Numbered from the stretch's first letter, positions 11,838-25,118 are shown. The stretch: 64,000 bases of DNA from Spongospora subterranea f. sp. subterranea (GCA_049724395.1 JAUGWO010000068.1:1-64000); one strand, 5' to 3'. The notes: generated by a model not told the origin, from the letters alone. Numbers and translations: made by a program.

Positions 11838-14800
11838 ATGAGATTACCTCTGATCGCATGGCACATAGCGATCGCGTCAATATCGATCGCATCGTCCGCG
11901 CCGTTGTCGTCAACGCTTTCCGTTCAATTACAGTCGCAATTTGGGAGCGGGTCTATCAGTCATCAATCAGTGTACGACTACGGCCTGCTCCGTTTTCCTT
12001 AGCTAACGCATACACATTGCAGAGAACATTTCGGATCCATATCGCCATCGCTATTTTGGTCGTCCGTTTCGTGGATCAGCGCCATATCACCAGAAAATGA
12101 TCGTGATGCGTATACGCGGATTATGGCGTCCTGTATTGACATGTATTCATCTCTAGAAATTTGCTCTACCCTGCATATGTCATTGGTCAGATCCTTTATT
12201 TTGCCAATATATTTGGGTCTGGATTTACCTAAAATCTTTCAGGTTTTAAATGCGTACTCTCCTCGCCTGGAGTCAAACTATCGTCTATTACTTGTAAAAT
12301 CTGGAGCTAATCGCATTTTTTTGTTTAAATACCTTTATAGGAATCTGTGGAGAAGTCAGATGGTTTTTCATTGTCAGCATGTCAAGGTGACCCAGTTGTG
12401 ATATACGGAAATGGGCAGGCTTCGTGCGGTTTCAACCAATCTTTATTAAGGAGCAAATGCGATGTCGACATATTCGAATTTGACCATGTGCATCCGAATC
12501 GCACCACAGGCAATCAAATCGTAAATCGCAATAATGTTACGTTGACTTCGATATCGCAGGGCCTGCAATTATTGTTTATGCCGACCTGAGCAATTCTAAT
12601 TTCACATATGTTCATCAGCAGATTATTGAACACAACGTAGCTCGCAAAAAATAGCTATGATTTCTTCAAACTTTTATTTAGGGCCCCCTGCGCTACATTC
12701 TGCGGTTATCGAACTTTGACCATCAAGAGGCGGCTTCGTTTCCAATGAACGGATTTGGCGTGGAGTTGGCGTTCAAAAATATGGAATACAACGTCCTCGA
12801 TGATCGTAATCAAGATAAACAGGACGCTGCCGTAAACGGTATTGAACTTGCGCTTGCGTTGGTTGTCTTCGCTTTGTGATGGTTTGCTTTCTATTCAGGC
12901 ATTTTTTTTGGTCAGTTGAAACAGCGATTCCCGGCCAGTTCCGCTGAGCTTAGTAAGGTGGTTGCCAAACTTCAGGAAGGCCTCCAAGACGACCTACGCA
13001 TCTGGGATATAGGTTAACAATTTAATGTTGTATGTTTTTAATTTTGTACAGGTCTTATTTCATGGTTGAACATACATTCCAATGCTTTTATTGTTCGTCT
13101 TGCCAACTGTAGCTATTTCTTCCCTAATTTTGAAATACTAGCAAAATTTGGACTTCAAGCATCGCAACGTGTTGTTTCCAGTCGTGACAGCCTGACAGCA
13201 CTTTCAAAACTGGCATGCGACTTCCCTAAGCATGCATCGTCATTGAAATCAGTCAAGGTTTCACAAGCTGGTACTACACGAATGTCACTTGCCCAATGCT
13301 TTTGTCAAAGTTGTCTTTAGTTTCCTCTGGTATCGCTGCGGTTCATGAGGCCGGGATTTCTCCTGGCCAGACAAGCTTGTTTATCAACAATGTGGAGATC
13401 GACCTCACCGAGTTCGATATGTTCGCCCTACAGGAATGGGCAGTGAAAGAATCGGGTCATATCGCCAAACTCACCAGCATTGGACTATCTTCTGAAAATG
13501 TTGATTTTCTCCTCCAAGCCAGTACTTGAGAGATAATTGTTATCGTTATCATAGTTCTTATATTCTGCGTTGGGCAACAGACTCAACTTCTGACTCGTCT
13601 CATGCGTCATATCCGCCTTCTGGCCCGACTTCGCCTCGACTGGACACCAGGAGCGAGTCGATTACTTGGATGAATGATCTTGAAAGCGACAGTCGTTATG
13701 ATGGCTGGGGCAGGTCCGTTTCGCAGTTGGAGTATGGGTATCCCGGACAAGTATGGACATGGCTGTTACCTAGTGCATTGTTTCTAAAATTGTCTTAGTT
13801 GAGAATGATTGCGCTGAATTTGTATTCATGTGTCGCCGTCATTGATCCGACGACGTTCGCTGGATTAACCATTGTCGAGCATCTCAAGCAATTTGTAAAG
13901 GCCAACGCGCCTTTACGTGTTGGAGTAATTTTCAACGTTCAAACCGGCGAGTTGTGATCATTTCACTTTCAGATCATTGTCCGTTCATAATACGCTTTCA
14001 GGTCGCTCGACCGCGTCCCTGTAAAAGAACTGAAGGATGTAGGTTTCATGTAGTCTGTATTGTGCGGAAGAAGTACTCTGACACAATGCAGATCCTTGAT
14101 GGTATCTCAACGTTTTCAGGAAAACCTTTGCCTGCCGACAATCGCGGACACCCACAAGGCGAACTTATTGCAAAACTCTTCAAGTACTTAAACGGAGAAT
14201 CTAAAAAGAAGTCAGTTCTTAGATCATCTCGATGTTATGCTGTTTTGCCGAAGAGTCGTGTGATAGGAGCTTCGCGTTTTTATCTGCGCTACAGGAGAAG
14301 CTTACGAAACACTCCAGGTGATAGGGCCTCAATCAATGTTATTCGTAGTGGGTTTTTGAAGGTGGCTGGAACCGCTGCTGCTGAAATATATGAGAACATT
14401 GCATCTGGAAACGAAACCGTATTGTTTTCGGCACTGTGGTCATAGTTGGTTCTCATCTCAGTACTAGGAATACGGATCGTTTGTCACAGATTGTAGCGAT
14501 TATGTGCAGGAAAGGAATATCAAAAATGGAGATTTCCTCTTTATCAACGGGGTCGAGATCAAAGAGGCTGTTCAGTACATCCACAGCGGGCAGATGTTTA
14601 ACCAGGTGTTTAGCTCTCATCGGCAAATCACAAAATCCATTGATCGTGTGTAGTTGCTTCTCCGCGGTATGCTCCCATGGCAACGTGTCGCCATGATTGC
14701 AGTTCAGATGCAGCAATTGACTGACGCCACGAACCTCGAGGAGTACATATTTGGAGGTGATGATGTTGTAAGTTGTTTCGATTCCGTGATTCAAAAACCA

Positions 14801-17800
14801 AAGGATGAGGTTAGAAGTTTCCGCCGCTTTTGTTGGTTCTGAATTATTTTAGTGGAAATTTACTTCGGATTTGGACGTTGATGTGCTGCTTTCGCCACCA
14901 TCTGACCCATATTATCTGGTTTCCGAACAACCTGGATCGGCAAATTTAACGATGTGGCTTTATGGGGATTTGGACAGTAAAGACACTGCAGCACTTGCCT
15001 TCAACGCCATCCGCCATCTTGCCTCACCAAAAGGCCATGGGAAAAGGCTAGCACTGTTTCTCACCGGACCTGGGAAACAGAATTTTTCGGTCAATTCCGT
15101 AGTTGGTGGAATCCTGGCGCTGCATGAACAACATCCAGGCTCCATTGCCGCTGCCATCACAACAGTGCTAGCTTCGCGTCTTGTATCCAAGAGTATGGCA
15201 GACTTCCAGAATCAGATACTGAATTACAGCTCAGAGAACGAACTGGTCAAACAAGCTTTGGAACACTCTTTCACACCTCAAATCATGCGTAAAAAACCGT
15301 CGTCGCCCCTTGGCGAGTCCTTATTTTGCTTACAGCAGGAATTGCTGCTCCGAGTTTAATAGTCAATGGCCGCATTATTCCCATTTCAGACCGCATATCG
15401 CCCTCGTCGTTTGACCTATTAATCCCAATTCCTCACCTCCCTACATTGCCGTCTGATGTGGATGCGGATACTCTCATGAAAGTTGCCGGGTGCTTAGGTA
15501 TTTTTCAACAGTTCACTGTTCCCCACCTCTGCGTCTTCTTGTGTATTGAAGGGCCCTAATTACTTAGGGGCCAGATTTCGCGATAGTCCTTCTTTCAAGC
15601 CATCGAATTTTGCGAGATTCTCTAATTTGGAAACTGTGTTACATTATCCATCTGGCTCGCATTTCAAGGTCTGGAGTTGCGAACGTCTGGCCCAGTATTA
15701 CTAAATGTTTAGTAGGTTGTGGCGGTGGTGTCTCCTCTTAGTGAAGCCTGTCAGCGCATCATATCAGTCTTGGTCGCGTTCCGCGATCATTTACACTGGG
15801 ATGTCACGCTTGTTCTGAATCCTTCCCTTGTGATATCTGCAGTCCCCATCAAACGGTATTACCGTTACGTATTTCAAGCAGACTTGAAATTCGATGATGA
15901 TGGTCGAGTGGATCAAAGGTATAGTCAATGCATAATTTTCCTTTTAAATTTATTTCGCGATCCAGCAATGTTCATGCACATTTTTCGTTGCCGTCTACGC
16001 TTCCTGTTGCGACGCTGTCAATGGAAACATCCGAGCCTTGGCTGGTTGAATCCGTCCACACTGATATCGATCTGGACAATATTCAGATTGGGGATGACGT
16101 ATCTGCCATTAGTGTCGCATTTGCTTTGAGGCATCTTCTCGGTATATCTTTTGCAAACTGCGATCCAACTGTCTCATTGGGCTTTGCTTTGACAGTGTTT
16201 GGCTCATGTCTCGAGCTTTCCCCAAACCCGTCTCCTCCAGCTGGTTTAAAAGTTTTTCTTGGCACACCGTTGCGTCCCCACCAACAGGATACGATTGTCA
16301 TGGAGAACTTGGGCTATTTTCAATTAAAGGTATCTGCTCTGTTGAGAAGACATGTAATGCTCAAGTGGAATTGTTCAGGCTTCCCCCAACGTCTGGCAAA
16401 TGTCGCTATCTCCTGGCCAAGCCGCGGCAATATTCCGGTTCCCCATGCAAAATCTGCTGCCTAGTCCTGCTAAAGACATCGTTTATCATGTTGGTCAACT
16501 CAATCAGCACTAATCTCGAATATCTTACGTGGGAAGTTAGCCGGAAAGGTTATTGATACCAGTTCGCAGCTTCAGTCGCTATCATCTTCGTATATACGTT
16601 TCTCGTCAACCTGGCATGGAGATGGTAATCTATTTATCATCACTTTCGTTCAACTTTTGAAAATTATACAGGTTGATCTTCTGGAACTCACAAACCCAGA
16701 AACTTCTTCGGTGCCTAGCTTTTGGGGCAAAATTTCAGAATCCGTATTCGGGGGGGAAGTCAGTGGAATTGAGACATGTGATGTGCATTGTTTTTGCTAA
16801 CGCCTGCTCAGAGTGATTCTAAGACCATACACATATTCAGCATTGCTTCTGGTCACCTATATGAGCGTTTCTTACGAATTATGATGGCCAGCGTTGTCAA
16901 ACGAATGCGAACCACCAAATATAAAATCAAGTTCTGGTTCGTCGGGCAGTTTCTCTCCCCACAGTTTAAAACAAGCATTCAGGAGTTTGCAGACCGTTGT
17001 AGGGCGTGTGCGTTCATCATTTCAAAATCGGTTTTCAGATTAGTCAGATGGTTGTACTGTCGAACTGGTCGTCTACAAGTGGCCGAATTGGTTACGACGT
17101 CAGCGCGAAAAGCAGCGCACGATTTGGGGTTACAAGATCCTCTTTTTGGATGTGTTGTTCCCTATCAATCTGGATCGTGTCATTTTCATTGACGCGGATC
17201 AAGTGAGCGATATTTTTCAGCTGATTATTTTTTGCTGAATTTTTAAAAGATCGTCCGAGGTGACATATCGGAATTATGGAACCTGGATCTCAAGGGCAAT
17301 CCCTATGCATATACTCCATTCTGTGATAGCAATACGCTTACAGAAGGTATGTTGCATGCATCATTCACCGGTCATCGCACGCTCAACGCCTTTTCAGGGT
17401 TCCGGTTTTGGAAAGGTGGATTTTGGCACGACCATCTTCGAGGAAAACCATATCACATTTCCGCTTTATATGTCGTTGACTTGAGGCAATTCCGGAAGGT
17501 ATGCCTTACGGTAAGACGCTTTTGCCAGGTTTCTCAAAAGTTTTAGTTGCGTGCTGGAGATACGCTACGAGCAATTTACGACAACCTGTCAGCTGATCCC
17601 AACAGTCTTGCAAATCTTGATCAGGACCTGCCAAATTATGCACAGGTAAGGCAATGGTATGCATACTAATGGTCCTCTTGTAACCGCTTTCAGCATCACG
17701 TTGGCATCTACTCCCTGCCGCAAGAATGGCTTTGGTGTGAAACGTGGTGCTCAATGGAGTCATTAGGTAACCAACATTTGCGCACTAGAAATCATCGATA

Positions 17801-17980
17801 ATTTTTTTGCGGGTTTCAGGGAAGGCAAAAACGATCGATCTATGTAATAACCCCATGACAAAAGAATCGAAACTCTCCAGGGCACGACGCTTGTTGCCCG
17901 AGTGGACTCCGTTGGATCACGAAGCCAATCCGGACTCTAGTATTGGAAAGGAAGAGGAATCGGACAAAGTGGAACTTTGA
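11838..17980 (+). CDS. UGGT: UDP-glucose:glycoprotein glucosyltransferase, many exons
   Basis: Signal peptide from ATG 11838. Motifs [26 protein letters not shown] and GT24 motifs [34 protein letters not shown]...[70 protein letters not shown]. Ends in SDKVEL*. Confidence 0.95.
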
Positions 17981-18074
17981 TAGAACCATGCGTACCAGGC
18001 AATGAATCAATGGCTGGACATTCTCAGAAAAAATTGGCTACATCAATAGATAACAATAATTTAGTAAATAGTTG

Positions 18075-19675
18075 TTACGAGTCGATCGGCTCGGCATCGC
18101 CATCTTGTTTGTGCTGCGCAAGCCCGTTGACCCTCAATACGTTGACCAAAGACAGCATCGATGGCGGAAGCTCATCCAACGACGGTAGCTTGCGTCTGAA
18201 CCCGCGGTATTGCGTATCGATGATCCGTTTGAAAGCCCGGCGAGTTTCCAAAGGCGTACACCCGGTGATATTAGTCATGTCCTGCCAAATCCGATCTCTT
18301 AAACTCGGCGTTAGACCATGGGCGGTTCGCAAATCTGAAGGGCCGGTAAACAAACAACTAGGTTTGCACAGCAGCGTTATATCGTACATGGCAGAAGGTT
18401 CTCAGATAGAATCCCGGTAGGTGTCATATCAGGAATGATGTTCATCACCAACGCCACGAACGCCTTGATCTCGAAAGCCACCGAGTCGATCCCATCCTAT
18501 ATCGCGCTTCAGTACACGACCGTCACGAACGCAGTTCAGCGTTTACACATAGGGACGGAATCGAGGCGAGAACGCGGTTCAATGCGCCAACCAATAGCTT
18601 CTGCGATTGCCTGGGCGCTTCCAAAACGCGTACGGGCGACGTCGGCTGAGCAGGCATAGACCGATCAGGGACAGGCTTGTCCTGATTGAGATACGTACCG
18701 CCACTAGCGCCATGTAATCGGTATCGTCGTTGGGGTCAAAACCCCCTAATACGTTGGGGGACGGTTGCGTAACAGGATTGGGAACCGGTGGGGTCCAGAG
18801 GCCTTTACCACTCTTGTGGGCCGGCGGGCCGATTTGGAACGCAGCCGCGTTGCGCGCGTGAATCAGCTCGTCGAGTTTCAGCTCGATCGTATCGATCGTG
18901 TTGGACAGCGACTCGATCGTGACCATGATCGAGCCGATGCTATCGAAGATCGATCGCTCGAACGACACCTGTGAGGGCTGGTCCAAAATTGGACCCTGGC
19001 CCAAATGATTGTCACCAGGCATCGGCATTGAAAACACCCTTGCCAACGTGGGATGGTCGGCTGGCGGACCATTTACGATACCGGGACCATCGCGGAGTTG
19101 TGCGATACAGGGCTGCGCAGTGTACCCTGATGTCAACTTATTGCCAACGGATCTCGGGCCTTCGTTTTTTTGAAATAATTGTTCCCATCTCAAACGCTTT
19201 CTGTAAACAGCTTGGCAAAAACGTTTTTATGGCAGTCAAAGTCGAGTTGGACGATGATAACTCATGATCACGCTTCTGCTCCTGTTTCGGGACGCATTGA
19301 GACGGATCAAACCCGTCTGTTGTCCGGAGTTTTCAGCTCTAATACAGATCTTGTTATCCACCGATCTAATCGTGTGTGTGTTGGCAACCCGAATTCCAAG
19401 CTCGTAATCCTGAGACGCCAACACAGTTTAGGCTGCGGAATCGACACACGCATCGATATTGGGTTTTTAGCGAAGACAAAGCCACATTTTTTGCCCGATT
19501 GAACAGGCCCAAACGGACTGAGATTTTCACTAGGCATCATTTGCTGGTTGTCATCTGGGAAACTCATATCACCTGCACGCTGTTGTTTTGGGCGTTTGGA
19601 CATTGTTAAATGGGTTTTATCCTTGATGATGCGCTCTTCATGAAACGACATGTCCAATGGCATCACGCTGGACAT
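18075..19675 (-). CDS. Hypothetical multi-exon protein with a coiled coil and a possible BEN-like C-terminal helical domain
   Basis: Coding-like exons: heptad segment IMVTIESLSNTIDTIELKLDELI, a Pro-rich linker, and a spliced C-terminus ...AFVALVMNII...LTPSLRDRIWQDM...AFKRIIDTQYRGFRRK. Confidence 0.5.
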
Positions 19676-20420
19676 TGCTGCCAAATCTTCTGATCTATCG
19701 GATTTTTTGCGAATAAAAAGCATTCATGTCGTTTTTTAAAGCGGATTTTCAAAGGCAATTAACTTAAGCAAAAGGCCGAAAAGGACAGCCTGCTGGTGAT
19801 GTTGGGGTTCCAAATGAAAACCAGCAAATGGAGCTGAGGAAGAATCTCAGTGTACGTCGTCATATGCCCTTTGTCATTATGTTAACATTAAATGACAAAG
19901 AGTGTAGTGCCCCATGTGTTGCCATCGCGCTTTTCCCAACAACAGCATAGAGTATTCACTTTATCGTCGGCAATATCATTGTTGGTGAAACTATAAGTTT
20001 TGAGCATGAAAACCATGGAAGAACAGCCTGCTGGATCAATTAAGGGTTTCATAAAAAACGTTCGACCATCTCATTATGTATAGAGATATTAGACTTGATC
20101 TATAGCGGTTTAACCAAATCTACCAGTGAACCCGATTTACACTGCAGCCAGTAGCAATGGCGATGCTGAAAAACGTCCGTCGAACCGGTGGATACGATTT
20201 GAAATGAACGATGAACAAATTTCACGCATTTGCTCTATTGAGCGTTTCGTTTATAGCCTGTACTTGTACAAGCGTCATTGCGACACAGTTTTAACATCAA
20301 ATCGACCACCGTTGTGCGGATCGACCACCCGAGAATCGCAAAATTCAAATCGCCGGGACGCGCGGATCGAGCTGGTGGTCTCGCGTTGTCGCAGCAACGC
20401 ATCGACCGGCGCTGGGTTGA

Positions 20421-21223
20421 TCACGGTGGCAGAACCACGAACGGCAGCGACGACATCGTGCGGCGCCACGTGTCGATGTGGGTGTATGGCGCCAGGTCGA
20501 ACTGCACCTGCGGGTGCGACAGGATGCCCAGGGCCGAAAACACGGACAGGTCGGCGATCGTGACGATCGTCGAGCACAGGAACGGGTGTTGGGCCAGCGC
20601 GGCGTCGAGGAATTTCAGGGCGATGACCAGGTCGCGATGCCCCCACGATACCAGTTCGCCCGTTAGCTTCGGGGAACCGCAGCCGAATGCTTCGGGGAAG
20701 ATCGTTGGCATAATTCCACGGGTTAGCGCTGGATTTAACCGACGTCCTTGGTAATCCTATCGAACAGTCCAGATTAGACCGCGATCGCGTGGTTTCGCGC
20801 CAGAGACCAACGTCCAACTCAAACAATTTCGCCATAGACCAACATTTAACTACAAAACAGTATTCACGGCGTTGAAACGGGGGGCAAACAAATCGGCGAA
20901 ATAATCTGTGTTGCACAAAAGTGGCCGACCAATCGTTCATCGATCAATAGTCGAGCAAACGCGTCATCGGGATAGAAACTGGAGGAGCGGGCGAGATGGC
21001 GCAAAATCGCATGGGATTCGTAGAGGACCAGGGGCGGGTCGTGCGTGGAATCGCGATAACACGGCAGACGTGCGGGGGGCGGCGGCGACGACGAGGGCGT
21101 CGGATCGACATCATCACCCACCTCGATCACGTTGACCATGACGACCAGCTCCGGGCGGCTCTTGACTAGCGACCAGACCGCCCGGCTCGGGGCCGACACC
21201 CGGCTCACGAACAGATCCGCCAT
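20421..21223 (-). CDS. Glutathione S-transferase (theta-like), multi-exon
   Basis: N-domain SAPSRAVW, RLP and LYESHAILRHLA; C-domain LKFLDAALAQHPFLCSTIVTIADL...YTHIDTW. Confidence 0.85.
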
Positions 21224-21333
21224 CACCGCGGACGCGACTCCACCCGATCGATTGTCGGTTGTGTTCGGGGGCACACGCCAGTCAAATCCACATCCATAAA
21301 GGGGCGAACGATCGGGAACAGAAACCGATCGCC

Positions 21334-22896
21334 ATGGAGACGGTCGCCGTCGTTCTGCTGATCGTTCTACAGATCGTGGTCCATTACGTCTCGTGGATCC
21401 TGTATCGGCCAACGCTGATTGACTCGGCGAAATACGCGGTCATGGAGCGCAGCGAGGTCGTTCCCGCGCCCGAGGTCAAACCCGAAGGCGACGCCGCCAG
21501 ACCCGGCTCCGACGCCGCCGACGAGACCAAGCTGGACGACGACCTGAACGCGTCCGGGAACTGGGGCCAGAAGACCATGATGAAATGGGGCTCGGAGGAG
21601 TCGATGGAGAAGAAACGGGGAATGATCATCAACGAGATGATCCAGGTGAGGAACGCGTCGTCGTCGCCGAATTGTTTGCCCGATCGTCTGATCTGACTTT
21701 GCGATCGCCGCGCGCGATCAGACCGAGGAATCGTATCTGCGTTCGCTGCACCAGCTGCAGAGCGTGTGGATCCGGCCGATGACCAAGGCGGCCGGCGAGC
21801 GGTCCCTAGGCCTGACGGCCAAGGACCTGCAGATGCTGTCGTTCACCAGCCTCGAAATGATCATCGCCCTGCACGACGCCCTGCTGCCCCAGCTGAAGAG
21901 CGCCGCCGACGTCGGCGCCGCGTTCGTCAAATTCGGTGCGTTGTTGTTCAATCAGCGGAAAAACCGTTTCTCGATCTCGATGTCGTTTAAAACTTTCGCT
22001 GTTCTCGTTCAGGCGATTTCCTGAAAATGTACACGACGTTCGTGAACAGCTACGACAACGTGCTCAGCGTCCTAAGTTCGCTGAAGAAAAACCGGAAATT
22101 CAGCGCGTTCACAGAAAAGGTTTTTGTTTTGCGTGTGTTTTCGCCATTGTCGGCGGTGGGTTCAGCTTTGTTGGGAACACCACAGGTGCGGGCGGGCGAT
22201 CCGGGCGCATCGCTCGACAGCCTGATGATCATGCCGATCCAGCGCGTCCCGCGGTACCTTCTCCTGCTGACCGAGCTCAAGAAGAACACGCCCGAGTTCC
22301 ACCGCGACTATCCGGCCCTGGCGACGGCCTGCGACCGCCTCCGCCTCATCGCCTCGCACATCAACTCGGCCAAGGCCAACTTCGAGAACGTCAACAAGGT
22401 TGGTCGCGGTCGTCGTAGCCAAGGATATGGCGCTAAACACACACACGTCACGTTACACCACCACAGATTCTCCAGATCCAGAACCGGATCACGAACTACG
22501 ATGGGTCGTTGGTCGAACCGGGGCGGATCCTGCTGTATTCGGGCCAGGTCGAGACCAGGAAGCCCACGAGCGGGTTCTCGGCGATCAGCCGGCACATGAC
22601 GTCGACCTCGCTGTTCTACGTGTTCTCCGACGTCTGCCTGTGGACCAGCACGTCCCATAAATTCAAAGGTGTGTTGCTGTGGCGCCATTGTCGGCTGGCA
22701 GTTTTCTGAACCAGTGGATCGATCAGGAGACATGGAGATCAGGACGATGGAGGTGGGCGTGGTGCCGGATGCGATCGAGCTGAAGCTGGCGTCGGCTGGC
22801 CAGGAGCTGCTGCTCGTGTTCGAGAACCCCCACGACGTCGACCTGTGGCGATCGCAGCTCGACAAGGCGATCGCCGCCTCGAAAGAGTCCACATAG
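21334..22896 (+). CDS. DH-PH Rho guanine nucleotide exchange factor with a hydrophobic N-terminus, multi-exon
   Basis: KRGMIINEMIQ|TEESYLRSL, MYTTFVNSY, LMIMPIQRVPRYLLLLTELKKNT and HINSAK, followed by a PH-like region (RILLYSG, FYVFSDVCLW, VDLWRSQL). Confidence 0.9.
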
Positions 22897-23289
22897 ACGA
22901 CGCCAATAAATTCGCAACCGTCGAGATCACCAGCGTTGAATGAACACGTGTCGCAGAGAATCTGGTCACGATATCGCCCGATTTGCATAATCGTTGTTCG
23001 TGAAATCCTTGAGCCAAACGGTTTCTGAATGGAATCGATCAACGAAAACGGAACCTAGGGAAGAAGGGTCTGACAAATTTCGACAGAACCTTGCCCGGAT
23101 TGCGCATCGCCGTCGTCGACAACTACATGGCCCTGAGCAGAAGGACCAGACCAGGTGGCGACCTTGTGCTTGCGCAATCTGATTTTACCCAAATGCTGGA
23201 TGAGGACGAGCAACAGAGGTTGTCGTCAATTCAGCACGTCCTTTGGTAATTCACAAACTCCATACGCTAGAAGTTTTAACCGCCAGCAT

Positions 23290-23470
23290 GATGGCTCGAT
23301 AGGATACTTACTGACGAAATCGTTAACAACTATTTAGAACGAAGAGGCCCTATGGCATCGTCAGACGTGCTACTGTTGGACACGTACATAATTCCCAGGC
23401 TAAAAGGCTTCAGCGGGCGTATTCTTTAAAAGGGTTGTTAACGATTTCGTCAGTAAACATCCTCGCCGGA
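23290..23470. pseudogene. Two convergent Ulp1/C48-like protease fragments sharing a 23-bp inverted repeat
   Basis: Plus strand reads WLDRILTDEIVNNYLE; minus strand reads RMFTDEIVNN. TTACTGACGAAATCGTTAACAAC lies at 23308-23330 and its reverse complement at 23434-23456. Confidence 0.45.
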
Positions 23471-23986
23471 CTGTTTTGCGACAGAGCCTGATCAGCCGCC
23501 TGCGGACCCATTTCCGCGATCCGCTTGGCGATTGTTGTCCCTGGGAGATCAACGACACGTCCAGGTTGCCCGGCGGCTATCTGTAAACGTTTTCGCGAGT
23601 GCTGGCCCACCAGATGTTCGGCAAGTATCGGCTCCACAGCCCACTGTACAAAGATTATGGTACTTATCGGCACGTTGGTGATGGCAATCAATCAATTCGA
23701 CGACCGACACATCGGGCTGGTGTTGGTCGACACCTGCCAGGTGAGTGAAATGGCGCTGCTGAAGCTTCAAACTTTTTTTCTCGGCGCTTCCGACACGAGT
23801 AAAGGGTTACGCAAGGTATTCAACAGCGCAAAAAAAAAAATATGCGAGTGATGTACAGTTATGAAGTGCGCAGTATGAGTTGTGCGTGACGTTTGAAACT
23901 CCCAGGGATGCGCTAAGTGGAATCACTTTACGTTGCACTCTATCGAGTGGAGAAACTGTTTCACCAACTCGATCAAAGGGTTTTCG

Positions 23987-24979
23987 ATGCGACAAATAGA
24001 GAGCCGATGCCCGTTGGATTCAGGGAAACCCAGACGGCATCCCGCGACCGGGGACCTGTACATCGATCTGGATATCGACAATGAGGACATCGATATCGTG
24101 ACCGAAGAGGAGCTGCTGATGAGCATCGCGATGGTTGGAGCGTTTCCCTATATCGTCAGGGTTCAGAGCCTGTATATTCGGGACGGCCCTTATCCAACCG
24201 ATTTGCTCTGGCAATTCATCAATTCTTGCAATCCGAAGCGTTTATATTTGAGGCATTGCCAAATAGATTCCTTTCGAGCAGTTTTACGAAGTCTGCGCCA
24301 CATCGACATTTCTGGAAATCCGTTGCTCGCGAACGACGAAAATTTACCTTCGATTGTGCGTCTTTTGCCACAGCTTTATCATTTCGGTATGGAACATTGC
24401 GCTTTATCGTGCGACAACCTATCATTGATTGCGTCGTCATTGGCGGATGCACCGGTTTTACGCGAACTCGATCTATCCGGCAGCGAATTCGGCGATGCAG
24501 GAATGAGGATATTAGCCAGATATCTTCCAGACGCCAAGGCCCTGGAGTCAGTCACTTTATCGGAGTGTCAGATTGGACCTGAGGGTGCCAAGGTTCTCGC
24601 ATCCTCAATTCCTTCAGTACCGAATCTCTCAAATCTCGATCTTGAAATGAATCCGATTGGAAATGAAGGCGTCGCCGCAATCTGCGAAACCCTTCACTTA
24701 TCTGGTTCAATTTGCTCCATCAATTTCGCTTTCTGCAACTGCACCCATTTTTCTCAAATTCTCATGAATGCAAGGCCTTGTAGGACGTTGACCGGTTTTA
24801 CAATTACTGGTGGTTTACCTGCTGACGACCCTGTTTTTTCAATGTGCTCCAGAAATACCGACTTCACGCGATCAGAGCAGAGAGTTGCCATGCTTCAGTC
24901 GACAGCGGCGCGAGATTTTGTACATGATCCGGATTTTGACATATGTCTGCTGCGATTTTTGTTTTCATTTTTGATGTGA
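23987..24979 (+). CDS. Intronless RNI-like leucine-rich repeat protein
   Basis: Repeats LRELDLSGSEFGDAGMRILA, LESVTLSECQIGPEGAKVLA and LSNLDLEMNPIGNEGVAAIC in an uninterrupted ORF (23933-24979, first ATG 23987). Confidence 0.85.
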   Translation: MRQIESRCPLDSGKPRRHPATGDLYIDLDIDNEDIDIVTEEELLMSIAMVGAFPYIVRVQSLYIRDGPYPTDLLWQFINSCNPKRLYLRHCQIDSFRAVLRSLRHIDISGNPLLANDENLPSIVRLLPQLYHFGMEHCALSCDNLSLIASSLADAPVLRELDLSGSEFGDAGMRILARYLPDAKALESVTLSECQIGPEGAKVLASSIPSVPNLSNLDLEMNPIGNEGVAAICETLHLSGSICSINFAFCNCTHFSQILMNARPCRTLTGFTITGGLPADDPVFSMCSRNTDFTRSEQRVAMLQSTAARDFVHDPDFDICLLRFLFSFLM

Positions 24980-25013
24980 ACCCTGCTATCCGATTTCAAT
25001 TGTGGCTCTTTAA

Positions 25014-25118
25014 GCCTTTGCTGTTGTGCGATTGTGTCAACTCATTGCTGGATTATGGCTCTCGTACAACGGCTAAAGCCTTTGTTCTTCGGCGATTGTG
25101 TTAACTTATTGCTGGCTT
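25014..25118. repeat. Short imperfect direct repeat (~40 bp, 2 copies)
   Basis: GCCTTTG...GCGATTGTGTCAACTCATTGCTGG recurs ~62 bp later as GCCTTTG...GCGATTGTGTTAACTTATTGCTGG. Confidence 0.6.

Noticed and set aside
22308..23042. 244-aa minus-strand ORF and similar antisense ORFs over GC-rich genes
   Set aside because: These are shadow ORFs of the RhoGEF, GST, GatA and kinase exons, with no motifs of their own.
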